NCBI GenBank assembly: GCA_041662065.1
Contig: JBAZTE010000007.1
Location: 134,466 to 198,465, forward strand
From: Bacteroidales bacterium
GTDB taxonomy: Bacteria > Bacteroidota > Bacteroidia > Bacteroidales > UBA12481
Direction: 5' to 3'
Length of the DNA: 64,000 nucleotides
Under the pieces are notes generated by a model. The model saw nothing but the letters and a program-made list of their open reading frames with translations. It did not search any database and had not been told where the DNA came from. Below are positions 41,378-51,400 of this stretch, piece by piece. The stretch's first letter is position 1. Every line of letters starts with the position of its first letter. The position numbers were made by a program, and so were the translations under genes.

Positions 41378-42634
41378 TCAGGCAAATAACCACTTGGGAT
41401 AACAGAGAAAATACTTGCTATCGGCCCGGCTCAGCATCGGAACATTAATGATATCACTTGCTTCCGACAATGGTATGAGCCGGCCGCTGTTGTCGAAAAA
41501 GAGGATTTGGTCATCATTTTCGGCATAGGTATTATTGGTTATTTTATCAGAGAAAACCAGGTATTCAGCCTCATGGGCCGAGAAACCGTGCCTGGCAGTC
41601 AGCGTATCGCGAAGGTGTTGGATCTGTACCTCGGTCCAGGGACATTTCTGTATTCGGATCGCCAGCAGTTTACGGTTGAGCAATCCTTCCGACAGGAGTG
41701 CAAGCAACCGGTCGGAATGCCCGGTCCAGACTTTGATCGATGCAAAGATGTCCGTATCGTCGAGTTTTGAAAATTGCTCGAGCAGCAGGTCCGGATCGGC
41801 CAGAGGATTGTCGCTGAGCGGCCCCGGATAAAGGAAGGCCTGCAGGGCCGGAGTGGCAAACACAGCAGTGCCGTTATAGGCCAGTTCGCGGGCGCGGCTC
41901 AATGCCTTGACGAGCATTTGTTCGGCAGCGATCACCGTTTTGTGCAGGTACACCTGCCAGTACATGAGCCGGCGGGAGATCAGGTATTTTTCAATGGAAT
42001 AAATGCCTTTTCTTTCGACAACCAACTGGTCATCTACTATTTTCAGCATCTTAATGATCCGTTCATATCCAATGGCGCCCTCGGTTACCCCGGTGAAGAA
42101 ACTATCACGGGAGAGGTAATCAAGCCGGTCCATATCGAGCTGCGACGAAACGAGCTGGTGGAGGAACGATCTGGGATAGTCGCCGTTGAAAATCCGGATT
42201 GCCAGGTCTAGCGAACCGCCCGCCTCCCGGTTCAGCTGCTGCATAAACATACCGGACAGCTTTTCATGGTCGACAGATTCCACGATACTGTGCTCCAATG
42301 CATGGGAAAATGGCCCGTGGCCGATATCATGCAGGAGAATGGCAGCGATGGCTGCGTTCCGCTCCTCGTCCGACACCGGGTATCCCTTGCGGCTGATAAC
42401 CTCAAGAGCGGTATTCATAAGGTGGGCTGCACCCAACGCATGCTGGAAACGGGTATGGTTAGCGGCCGGATAAACATAAAAAGTGAGCCCGAGTTGACGA
42501 ATTCTCCGCAAACGCTGAAACCACGGGTGATCGATCAGGTCATAGGTCAGGAGGGAAGGGAAGTTAATAAAGCCGTATAAAGGATCATTGATTATCTTCC
42601 TTTTATTGGGGGCAACCTGAAATTCTTCGTCCAT
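41378..42634 (-). CDS. HD-domain phosphohydrolase (dNTPase/SAMHD1-like superfamily)
   Basis: 418 aa with RFQHALGA...HDIGHGPFSH HD motifs. It lies upstream of lpxD, as I recall for other Bacteroidota. Confidence 0.8.
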   Translation of the reverse strand: MDEEFQVAPNKRKIINDPLYGFINFPSLLTYDLIDHPWFQRLRRIRQLGLTFYVYPAANHTRFQHALGAAHLMNTALEVISRKGYPVSDEERNAAIAAILLHDIGHGPFSHALEHSIVESVDHEKLSGMFMQQLNREAGGSLDLAIRIFNGDYPRSFLHQLVSSQLDMDRLDYLSRDSFFTGVTEGAIGYERIIKMLKIVDDQLVVERKGIYSIEKYLISRRLMYWQVYLHKTVIAAEQMLVKALSRARELAYNGTAVFATPALQAFLYPGPLSDNPLADPDLLLEQFSKLDDTDIFASIKVWTGHSDRLLALLSEGLLNRKLLAIRIQKCPWTEVQIQHLRDTLTARHGFSAHEAEYLVFSDKITNNTYAENDDQILFFDNSGRLIPLSEASDIINVPMLSRADSKYFLCYPKWLFA

Positions 42635-42763
42635 TGCAACAGGGCTAAATGCTTTAATGATGCAATTTTACAACTAATTAAGCGGTAAAAAGGGTTTGCC
42701 CAAAATTTTCCTGATAATGAAGACGTTTCAGGGCCGTTAATTGGAGTTATGGAATTATTTATC

Positions 42764-42771
42764 TATTTTTG
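42764..42771 (+). promoter_or_regulatory. Candidate -7 promoter box (TATTTTTG) for the rimP-nusA-infB operon
   Basis: Exact TAnnTTTG match 62 nt upstream of the proposed rimP GTG start and about 24 nt upstream of the leader hairpin. Confidence 0.4.
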
Positions 42772-42794
42772 CGGTCGATTGTAGGATATCTGGC

Positions 42795-42821
42795 ATAGGG
42801 GACTCGGGTCCCCTATTTTTT
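42795..42821 (+). terminator. Intrinsic terminator-like hairpin in the rimP-nusA-infB leader (candidate attenuator)
   Basis: ATAGGGGAC-TCGG-GTCCCCTAT forms a 9-bp perfect stem, followed by TTTTTTAATTTT. It ends 13 nt before the rimP start. Confidence 0.6.
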
Positions 42822-42833
42822 AATTTTGGTGTT

Positions 42834-43307
42834 GTGATTGAAAGAAATAAGATAGAAGGCATTATTAATGAAGCACTTAAGGATACTTCGGTATTCCTGG
42901 TCGACATTATTATCAGCCGTTCCAACACCATTCAGGTTTTTATCGACAACCAGGAAGGAATCAGCCTGGATCATTGTGGCGCCTTGCATCGGAGTATTGA
43001 GGATCAGCTGGATCGCGAACAGGAAGATTTTGAACTTCAGGTTTCCTCTCCCGGGCTGGGACAGCCGATCCGGGTATTTCCGCAGTATCTCAAGGCCTTA
43101 GGGCAAAAAATGGAAATTCTCATGCAGGACGGGGATCTCATTAAAGGAACCTTAATGGAAGCTCATCCCGGCGGGATGGATAAGGAGGCGGAATTGACGG
43201 TTCGCCTGACAGGAACTAAAAGGAAGCCGGCCGCGGAAGAGCCGGTAATTATTCAGATTAACCGGATAAAAACGGCGCGTGTTGAAATAGATTTTAAACA
43301 GCTGTAA
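42834..43307 (+). CDS. rimP: Ribosome maturation factor RimP
   Basis: 157 aa from GTG 42834 (MIERNKIEGIINEAL..), which matches typical RimP length and N-terminus. The ORF-track TTG start at 42741 would translate through the leader hairpin. Confidence 0.85.
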   Translation: MIERNKIEGIINEALKDTSVFLVDIIISRSNTIQVFIDNQEGISLDHCGALHRSIEDQLDREQEDFELQVSSPGLGQPIRVFPQYLKALGQKMEILMQDGDLIKGTLMEAHPGGMDKEAELTVRLTGTKRKPAAEEPVIIQINRIKTARVEIDFKQL

Positions 43308-43312
43308 ACAGT

Positions 43313-44554
43313 TTGACCATGGAAAGTATAAACCTCATTGATACGTTTTCGGAATTCAGGGAACTAAAGAGCATCGACAGGACGACGATGATGAGCGTTC
43401 TTGAAGATGTTTTCCGGAGTATTCTGATCAAGCGATTCGGAACGGATGAGAATTTTGATGTGATCATCAATGTCGACAAAGGAGACTTTGAGATTTGGAG
43501 AAACCGTGTAGTAGTGGCCGATGGCGAGGTTGATGACTCCAATCTTCAGATACCGATCACCGAAGCAAAAAAGATTGACGATGATTATGAAATCGGGGAA
43601 GATGTAACGGATGAAGTGAAGTTGGAAGATTTCGGCCGCCGGGCCATTCTTTCACTGAGGCAGAACCTTACTTCCAGGATCCTCGAACTGGAAAAGGACC
43701 ACGTATACAGCAAATACAAAGACAAAATCGGCGATATCATCACCGGTGAGGTTTATCAGGTATGGAACCGTGAAATACTGATCCTCGATGATGAAGGAAA
43801 TGAATTGATTCTTCCGAAATCCGAGCAGATCCCCTCAGATTTCTTCCGTAAAGGCGATACTTTGCGGGCAGTAGTGGTTAAGGTGGATATGCGGAACAAC
43901 AGTCCGGTCATTGTTCTATCCAGGACAACCCCGGTTTTCCTGCAGCGGTTGTTCGAGCTTGAAGTACCTGAGATTTTTGACGGCTTGATCACGATTAAAA
44001 AGATTGTCAGGATTCCCGGTGAGCGGGCCAAGGTTGCCGTAGAATCCTATGATGAAAGGATCGACCCGGTAGGTGCCTGTGTGGGCATGAAAGGATCGAG
44101 GATTCACGGGATCGTAAGGGAACTTCGCAATGAAAACATTGATGTTATCAACTATACGGCAAACATCCAGTTATTTATACAGCGTTCGTTAAGCCCGGCC
44201 AAGATCAGCTCCATCAAGCTGAACGAAGAAGACCATCGGGCTGAAGTATTCCTGAAACCGGAGGAAGTATCACTGGCCATCGGCAAAGGGGGGTTGAACA
44301 TCAAACTGGCCAGCATGCTTACCGATTATGAAATTGACGTTTTCCGTGATGTTGCAGGTGCAGAAGAGGACATTGACCTTGAAGAATTTGCAGATGAAAT
44401 TGAAAACTGGATTCTTGATGAGCTGAAAGCAGTCGGATGTGACACTGCCCGAAGCGTTCTGGATTTATCGGTACAGGAACTGGTAAAACGAACCGATTTA
44501 GAGGAAGAAACTGTAAAGGAGGTCATGAAGATTCTCCGTTCAGAATTTGAATAA
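43313..44554 (+). CDS. nusA: Transcription termination/antitermination factor NusA
   Basis: 413 aa with an N-terminal domain, S1, two KH domains (GACVGMKGSRI, AIGKGGLNIKLA) and a C-terminal acidic region. Confidence 0.95.
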   Translation: MTMESINLIDTFSEFRELKSIDRTTMMSVLEDVFRSILIKRFGTDENFDVIINVDKGDFEIWRNRVVVADGEVDDSNLQIPITEAKKIDDDYEIGEDVTDEVKLEDFGRRAILSLRQNLTSRILELEKDHVYSKYKDKIGDIITGEVYQVWNREILILDDEGNELILPKSEQIPSDFFRKGDTLRAVVVKVDMRNNSPVIVLSRTTPVFLQRLFELEVPEIFDGLITIKKIVRIPGERAKVAVESYDERIDPVGACVGMKGSRIHGIVRELRNENIDVINYTANIQLFIQRSLSPAKISSIKLNEEDHRAEVFLKPEEVSLAIGKGGLNIKLASMLTDYEIDVFRDVAGAEEDIDLEEFADEIENWILDELKAVGCDTARSVLDLSVQELVKRTDLEEETVKEVMKILRSEFE

Positions 44555-44559
44555 AATAT

Positions 44560-47500
44560 ATGTCAGAGGTAAAACGATTAAGCAGGGTTGCTAAAGAATG
44601 TAATGTTGGGATTCAGACTATCGTAGATTTCCTGCACAAGAAGGGATTCGACATAGAAAACAATCCCAATGCTAAAATTCAGCCTGAGGCATTGGTCCTG
44701 GTCATGAAGGAATATCAGAATGACCAGGCTGCCAAAAGGGAAGCGGTGCAGTTCAAGGAGGAGCATAAATACGAATCCCGGACCACCATTTCCATTGAAG
44801 ACACTCAAACCCAGCCGGTCGAAGAAGAGGCTGAGCCTGAAGAAGTGCTTCTGATTCAGGACAGCAGGGGTTCATCGAAATTCGATCTGGATCAGGATGA
44901 CTCCAAGCGTGGCAAACACGAAAGGAAAGAGGAACCGGAAGTAACCGCTGTTGTAATTGAAAAACCGGCCGGACCGAAGGTGGTCGGACGGGTGGAACTT
45001 GAAACTCCAAAACCGAAAGCCAAGGCAAAGTCAAAGACCGAGCCTGTGGTGGAAACTGTTGCTCAGGCTCCTGAGGATAAACCTGCCGCGAAAACCAAAC
45101 AGGAAAGTATCCTGGCTGAAGAGGTCAAATCCGAAGCTGAACACAAACCGAAGCATAAAGCTGAGCATAAAGCTGAACCGATAAAAGAGGAAACTGTCAC
45201 GGAAAAAGTTGTTCCCGAGAGTAAACCCGCAGACAAAACCGCTGAACCGGTTGAAAAACCGGTTGCCGAATCGGTCGATACGGATATTGATTCCGCTGCA
45301 AAGGAAACGTCCGGCACCGAGGTGAAGAAAGAATCAGAAGAAGAGGTGATTACACATACCACCCTGGCCAAGGATTTACTCGTTGACTTTAAGTTTATAG
45401 GAAAGATCGACATTGACGCGATGAACCAGAAGACCCGGCCCTCAAAAAAACACGTGAGGGAAAAGGTTCAGGTTAAACCCCCGGTCCCTGCTCCGGAAGA
45501 TCAGGAATCAGACCAGGTGCCGCCGCCGGTTGTCAAGCAGAACCAGAAGCCTGCTGTTCAAGTCGATCACCCGCGCCGCGAAGCCGGAAGCGAAGCTCCT
45601 ATCCACAGAATTGTAGTTAAAAAAGCATCGGGACCGACCATTGTGGGCAAGATCAATCTTGCACCCGAAGGTGACCGTCGCCGCGAAAAAGTGGTGGTTG
45701 ACCTGGCAGGTGATGATCCGCTGAAAAAGAAAAAGAGAAAACGGATCCGCAAGGACCGCGTACCCGTTGTTGGACCGGCTGCTGACCGCGAAGTCACGAA
45801 GGTAATCAAGAAGCCGACCAAGGTTAAGAAGAAAATTGGCAAGGTTGAAATTTCCGAAGAGGATGTTCAACGGCAGATTAAAGACACCTTATCAAAAATA
45901 ACCCCGAAAGGGAAATCCAAGGGGTCGAAATACCGTAAATCGAAACGTGAACTCAACCGGCAATCGCTTCAGGCTGATGCGGATCGCGATGAGCAGGAAA
46001 GCCACGTTATCAAGGTCACCGAGTTCGTTACCGCCAACGAGCTGGCCAGTCTGATGAATGTACAGGTGAATGAAATCATTTCTACCTGCATGAGTCTCGG
46101 ACTTTTCGTTTCGATCAATCAGAGGCTGGATGCCGAAACCATTTCAGTGGTTGCCGACGAGTTCGGATTTGAAGTCCAGTTTATCAGTGTTGAAATTCAG
46201 GAAGCCATTGAACAGGAAGTTGACCAGGAAGTCGACCTGAAACCCCGTCCGCCGGTGGTAACCGTCATGGGGCATGTCGACCACGGTAAAACCTCCTTGC
46301 TCGACTATATCAGGAAAACCAACATTATCGCGGGTGAAGCCGGGGGTATCACCCAGCACATCGGGGCTTATAAAGTAGTCCTTGATAATGGGAAAACCAT
46401 CACATTCCTGGATACACCGGGTCACGAGGCTTTTACCGCCATGCGTGCCCGCGGAGCCCAGGGTGCTGATATGGCCATCATTGTGATTGCCGCCGATGAC
46501 GCGGTAATGCCGCAAACCATTGAAGCTATCAACCATGCTGCTGCAGCTGGTGTTCCCATGGTTTTTGCCATTAACAAGATTGACCGCGAGGGTGCAAATC
46601 CTGAAAAAATCAAGGAGCAGTTGGCTAACATGAATTACCTGGTTGAAGACTGGGGTGGTAAATACCAATCTCAGGAAATCTCAGCCAAAAAAGGTAACGG
46701 TGTTGCTGAGCTTCTGGAAAAAGTACTGCTCGAATCAGAGATGCTCGACCTCAAAGCCAATCCTGAAAAGAATGCGCTTGGCATTGTTATTGAATCCTCC
46801 CTTGATAAAGGCCGTGGATTCGTGACCACTATCCTTGTTCAGGGCGGATCATTGAAAGTCGGCGATATCGTGCTGGCCGGAAGCTATTTCGGCAAAGTGA
46901 AAGCCATGTTCAATGAAAGGGGCGGTCCCATTACAGTTGCAGCTCCATCGGAACCTGTCCTGATCCTCGGACTTAACGGAGCCCCCCAGGCAGGCGACAA
47001 ATTCCATGTTCTGGAATCGGATCGCGAAGCACGCGAGATTGCAACCAAAAGAGAGCAGCTGCAGCGTGAACAGGAACTGCGTACGCGCAAACATATTACT
47101 CTGGATGAAATCGGCCGGCGTATTGCCATCGGCAACTTCCAGGAACTTAACATCATTGTTAAAGGTGATGTCGACGGTTCCATTGAAGCACTGTCAGATT
47201 CGCTGATTAAACTCTCGACCCCTGAAATTCAGGTCAACATCATTCATAAGGCTGTCGGACAGATTTCGGAAAGCGATATCCTGCTCGCGACCGCTTCGAA
47301 TGCCATCATCATCGGATTCCAGGTCAGGCCTTCACTGAATGCCCGCAAACTGGCTGAGAAGGAAGGTATTGAGATCCGGTTGTATTCCATCATTTATGAT
47401 GCAATCAATGAACTGCGGGCTGCTATGGAAGGGATGTTAAGCCCTGAAATCAAGGAGGAAATCACTGGTACGCTTGAAGTTCTTGAAGCCTTTAAAATCA

Positions 47501-47751
47501 CCAAAGTGGGTACCGTGGCCGGTTGTATCGTACGCGACGGTAAGATTTACCGGACATCGAAAGTCCGTATCATCCGCGACGGTATCGTTGTTTATGACGG
47601 TCTGCTCGGCTCGCTGAAAAGATTCAAGGATGACGCCAAAGAGGTGGTATCAGGATTGGAATGCGGGTTGAATATTGACAACTACAACAATATTGAGGCA
47701 GGGGATATTATTGAAGCCTATACGAGCAGGGAGGTTAAGAAGACCTTGTAA
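44560..47751 (+). CDS. infB: Translation initiation factor IF-2
   Basis: 1063 aa. It has a long Lys/Glu/Pro-rich N-terminal region, a GTPase domain ([18 protein letters not shown]) and C-terminal domains. Confidence 0.95.
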   Translation: MSEVKRLSRVAKECNVGIQTIVDFLHKKGFDIENNPNAKIQPEALVLVMKEYQNDQAAKREAVQFKEEHKYESRTTISIEDTQTQPVEEEAEPEEVLLIQDSRGSSKFDLDQDDSKRGKHERKEEPEVTAVVIEKPAGPKVVGRVELETPKPKAKAKSKTEPVVETVAQAPEDKPAAKTKQESILAEEVKSEAEHKPKHKAEHKAEPIKEETVTEKVVPESKPADKTAEPVEKPVAESVDTDIDSAAKETSGTEVKKESEEEVITHTTLAKDLLVDFKFIGKIDIDAMNQKTRPSKKHVREKVQVKPPVPAPEDQESDQVPPPVVKQNQKPAVQVDHPRREAGSEAPIHRIVVKKASGPTIVGKINLAPEGDRRREKVVVDLAGDDPLKKKKRKRIRKDRVPVVGPAADREVTKVIKKPTKVKKKIGKVEISEEDVQRQIKDTLSKITPKGKSKGSKYRKSKRELNRQSLQADADRDEQESHVIKVTEFVTANELASLMNVQVNEIISTCMSLGLFVSINQRLDAETISVVADEFGFEVQFISVEIQEAIEQEVDQEVDLKPRPPVVTVMGHVDHGKTSLLDYIRKTNIIAGEAGGITQHIGAYKVVLDNGKTITFLDTPGHEAFTAMRARGAQGADMAIIVIAADDAVMPQTIEAINHAAAAGVPMVFAINKIDREGANPEKIKEQLANMNYLVEDWGGKYQSQEISAKKGNGVAELLEKVLLESEMLDLKANPEKNALGIVIESSLDKGRGFVTTILVQGGSLKVGDIVLAGSYFGKVKAMFNERGGPITVAAPSEPVLILGLNGAPQAGDKFHVLESDREAREIATKREQLQREQELRTRKHITLDEIGRRIAIGNFQELNIIVKGDVDGSIEALSDSLIKLSTPEIQVNIIHKAVGQISESDILLATASNAIIIGFQVRPSLNARKLAEKEGIEIRLYSIIYDAINELRAAMEGMLSPEIKEEITGTLEVLEAFKITKVGTVAGCIVRDGKIYRTSKVRIIRDGIVVYDGLLGSLKRFKDDAKEVVSGLECGLNIDNYNNIEAGDIIEAYTSREVKKTL

Positions 47752-47755
47752 GATT

Positions 47756-47841
47756 AAGGCAGAAGGCAGAAGGCAGAAGTGAAGGCAGAAGGCAAAAATT
47801 AGTCTTAAGATCTTATGACTTAAGATTAAGAAATAAGAAGG
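47756..47841. repeat. Left arm of a ~268-bp intergenic palindrome; contains AAGGCAG heptad repeats
   Basis: The repeat run is AAGGCAG x3, AAGTG, AAGGCAG, AAGGCAA. The 27-mer 47781..47807 (GAAGGCAGAAGGCAAAAATTAGTCTTA) is the exact reverse complement of 47978..48004. Confidence 0.85.
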
Positions 47842-47877
47842 AAATGTCTCAATATGAGACCATTACATAAAATAAAA

Positions 47878-47908
47878 AGTCAGGTATCCGTACACCTGAC
47901 TTTTTTTT
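47878..47908. terminator. Bidirectional intrinsic terminator for infB (+) and gcvH (-) at the dyad centre of the palindrome
   Basis: AGTCAGGT-ATCCGTAC-ACCTGACT hairpin, preceded by AAAATAAAAA and followed by a T8 run. Confidence 0.8.
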
Positions 47909-47950
47909 ATCCTCATCATAACTAAACTGAAATGGTTCCATTCCAGCACT

Positions 47951-48019
47951 CATTCTTCATTCTTAAAACTTAAGTCCTAAGACTAATTTTTGCCTTCTGC
48001 CTTCTGCCATTTGCCTTCC
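47951..48019. repeat. Right arm of the intergenic palindrome (complement of the heptad repeats)
   Basis: Its reverse complement reads GGAAGGCAAATGGCAGAAGGCAGAAGGCAAAAATTAGTCTTAGGACTTAAGTTTTAAGAA. It ends at the base next to the gcvH stop codon. Confidence 0.85.
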
Positions 48020-48397
48020 TTAGCTAATCAGCTTCGTATAAGCCGCAGCGTCCAGCAACGCACTAAGTTCAGCAGCATCCTTGACTTTGATTTTGATCAT
48101 CCAGCCGTCGCCATAGGGATCCTTATTGACTACTTCAGGGCTGACTTCGAGTGCAGGGTTTATTTCGAGCACTTCACCGGATACGGGCATGTACAATTCC
48201 TCTACGGCCTTAACAGCTTCGATATTACCAAATGCTTCCCCTTTGTCCAGCGTTTCGCCAATTGTTTCAATTTCCAGAAAAACAATATCACCGAGGTTCG
48301 ACTGAGCGTAATCGGTCACTCCTACAAAAGCAAAATCGCCTTCGACTCGGATCCATTCGTGATCCTGGGTAAATTTTAAATCCTTCGGTACGTTCAT
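48020..48397 (-). CDS. gcvH: Glycine cleavage system protein H
   Basis: 125 aa with the lipoyl-Lys motif region (EAVKAVEELY). Confidence 0.93.
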   Translation of the reverse strand: MNVPKDLKFTQDHEWIRVEGDFAFVGVTDYAQSNLGDIVFLEIETIGETLDKGEAFGNIEAVKAVEELYMPVSGEVLEINPALEVSPEVVNKDPYGDGWMIKIKVKDAAELSALLDAAAYTKLIS

Positions 48398-48450
48398 GGT
48401 TTAATATGTTTCGTTTGATTTGTCCTAATAGACGCAATGATGCGCCACTA

Positions 48451-48458
48451 CAAATGTA
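48451..48458 (-). promoter_or_regulatory. Candidate -7 promoter box (TACATTTG) for gcvH
   Basis: Exact TAnnTTTG match on the minus strand, 54 nt upstream of the gcvH ATG and just after the T7 run that follows the sprA stop. Confidence 0.45.
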
Positions 48459-48466
48459 AAAAAAGC

Positions 48467-51400
48467 CTACATATTGGCGAGTGTAAATCTCAGGTTAAAT
48501 CCGACCTTGGTGTTTGAGGTTGGATATGAGGTAGTAACAATCGGCTTATTGACCACCTGATCATAATAGAAGCGCAGTTCGAATCGCGTACTCAATCTGT
48601 AACTTGCTGTAAATTTTGCCGTTACTACAGTCTGGCCAGAAGTGGGCTTATTTACCTCTTCTTCCAGCTTACGCATGATCATGATATTGTCGCGAATCGA
48701 AAGGTCGAACCGGATGTCGAGATCAGATTGGAATTTTCGTTGATTTCCACCAGCCTTGATGGTGATTGGCACTTCCTGGAAACGGTAACCGGTACCAATA
48801 ACAATTTCATCGGACCGGTTCTCCATCAGTTGACTGTTGTTCAGGCTCAATGTCAGGTTCCTGTTCTTTTTGATCTCCACCCTGGCCTGCAGACTGTTCT
48901 GCATAGTGGCGTCGAAACCGATCAGCGGGCTGAGAGACTCGGAAATACTGATACTTCCGATTTCACGGGCGGGAAGGAAGTTTTCCTGTGCATCGCGGAT
49001 ATAATTCAGGCCGTCCTGCGTATCCGGATCATAAAACAGGTTGGTGGTATAGGAACCCACAGAATATGTACTTCGATAGGAATGGTTCAGGTTCAGCTGT
49101 TTCAGGTATTTTTTAATGAACTCCGACTTCTGAAGGCCGCCGTACTGGATACGCCAGTTTGGCAACATGCTCATTACCCCCGGCATGGCATCCAGACTAA
49201 CCAGATTGGCATTCTTATCGGAATAGGCAGCCAGGAAAGCAGGGATCAGGACATCCAGTGAAGTAGGACCGTAGCCATCGCTGTAGCCCGGAAAGTTACC
49301 CGTATTGGGATCATAAACCGGGCTGCCAGGGACTTGCGCGGCCAAACGCTGGGCGGCCAAACGCTGTGAAATGATGATCCGGTTGTTTTTGAACTTTTCA
49401 AAGGTAGCTGATTGGTACCCGTCGCCTTCCTTCAGTTTCTCAAAAGCTGAACCCAGCGAAATAATCGTCATGTTAAAATTCCCCCGATACATTACATTTT
49501 CTGCAGTCCATTTGCCATTTTCGCCGTAATAATAAAATTTCTCCAGGTCGTTGCTTGCCGAATGAGCCGCCTCAATCGTAATACGCAGATCGGTGAATGG
49601 TTCGATATTGGACGAAAAACGCCAGGCTTGATTCAGGGAATTGGTAAAGGCTTCGTTCAAGGTGGAATCGGTCGTCAGCCAGCCGTTGGAAGCGGCATAA
49701 TCACCGAATCCCGCATCCTGCAAACCAAGGATGAATCCATACCCCGGGGCCATTTTCCCGCCTATATTGTTCATTCCAAATAGTTTGGGTTCAGGCATAT
49801 AACCGGGCAGGAAGGTTCCGTTATCATTGGAGTAGTTTAGCGACAGGTTTTTAACCCCCATCAAAATTCTCAGGAAGTTATCGGTGACGAAAATAAAAGC
49901 GTTGTCCTTCACCTCCACCGTGGCTTCAATTTCGATCCGGCCGCCGTCGACATTCTTGTCGGCAATCACTTTTATCCGCCTCTCATTGATCACCTCGGTC
50001 TCCACTTCAATGACGCGGTTGTTCTGGTCAAAAACCTTAACTTTAACGTCGCTGCTCATGAGATCATGGATAATGACCTTGGCCACTTTTTCTTTCAGGG
50101 ATAATTTATCCGCCTCAAATTTGACTGTTTTAGTTGGCTTGGCCCGGGTGGCAGACTGACGCCGCTTATATTTGTCGTCAATCTTTTTCAAGAACCCGAC
50201 CTTATTATAAAGCGTTTGCAATGAGGCTGTTCCGCTCAACTGGAAATTCCCGTTGTTCTGTACCGTGTTCCCAAGCCGGATCGTATCGGCAGTGATTGGA
50301 CCGGCGGCCCAGTCGTATTCAACACGGTAGGTGGCATTGGCTGTCAACCAATTGAATAGTGGTAATTTGTTGATCGGGATCTGATAGGAGGCATTCAGTG
50401 AGTGGTGGTATTGCACTGGGCGGCCGCCTGCCATGATATTGTTCCAGATACTGTCGCGTTTTTGCTGATAATCGGTATCGCCGCGTCGCATGGCACCATC
50501 CGGTTCATCAATCCTGGCAATATTCGAATTGGAAAAATCAAGTTTAAGGTTCCGGGTAAGGTCCCACTTCACGTCAAAATTCCGTGTCCAGTTAAAATTC
50601 TTATTAAAGGTAGGATCAATCTTAATACCCGGATTAGCCACATTACGCAGTTGCATCTCACTGTACCTGCGGGCCATATTGGTGCGGAAACTGATCATCG
50701 AAGGTTGGTAATACAAGTTAAGGTCCTTGATGAGTTTGAAGGCAGGCTTGTCGAGTTTGGTCGACTTTTTAAATGGTTCCCACGGCTTGAGATTATTCGA
50801 TGAGTATACGTAATTCAATCCCCCGTTGTAATTCTTATTCAGGTTGGCTTCGGTTTTGATGTTCCGTGCAAAGGTTTCGGTAAAGGCATACGACATCGAC
50901 CAGTTGGAGATGCTCCAGATTTTAGGTTCACGCCGCCGGTTGGTTGAACCCGGCTCCAACCTGATATTGTTAAAGTTCAGGCTTTTCCTGCGGTTATAAT
51001 CCTGGGAAATATACAAGATAGAATCTTTCTCCGCCTTGCTTTGAGCATTATCCAGAGCAGCCTGCAGGGGTATGTCGGGATCCATCGGGTTATACTGCGG
51101 ATTACGCATGATCTCCGAGAAAGCAACATACATCGGCAGCTGAACCCCTGCATTTTTAGGGAACAGTTTACCCAATTGCAGGCTCGAAGAGATATCGTAC
51201 TGGGTAATCTGTTCGCGGCTGCGGTCGTTCACACTCTTGTCGATGCTGCCGAATCCGGGAACGCTCGTATTACCTGAAACCGACAGGTTGCCCAGATCAG
51301 CCAGGTTAGCCGACAGACGGCCGTTGGCTGCCCATCCGCCCTTTTCATCAAAGTCGGTGAGGCGAAGCTCGTTCATCCAGATAATGGCTGATTTAGGAAG

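Noticed and set aside
42790-42806. Sigma-54 promoter-like TGGCAT in the rimP leader
   Set aside because: No GC/TTGC element lies at the required 10-nt spacing after the GG. The sequence is part of the terminator hairpin.
42741-42833. TTG-initiated 31-aa N-terminal extension of RimP
   Set aside because: It would translate through a perfect terminator hairpin and T-tract and add residues atypical for RimP. GTG 42834 gives the canonical length and N-terminus.
44700-45900. Lys/Glu/Pro-rich repetitive segment (for example [12 protein letters not shown]) and antisense ORFs 45063..45413 and 45508..45870
   Set aside because: This is the usual low-complexity N-terminal region of IF-2. The antisense ORFs are shadows of it.
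47844-47870. 8-codon mini-ORF (MSQYETIT) inside the infB/gcvH palindrome
   Set aside because: It is too short to assess. It overlaps a small GTCTCA/TGAGAC hairpin, and nothing suggests translation.
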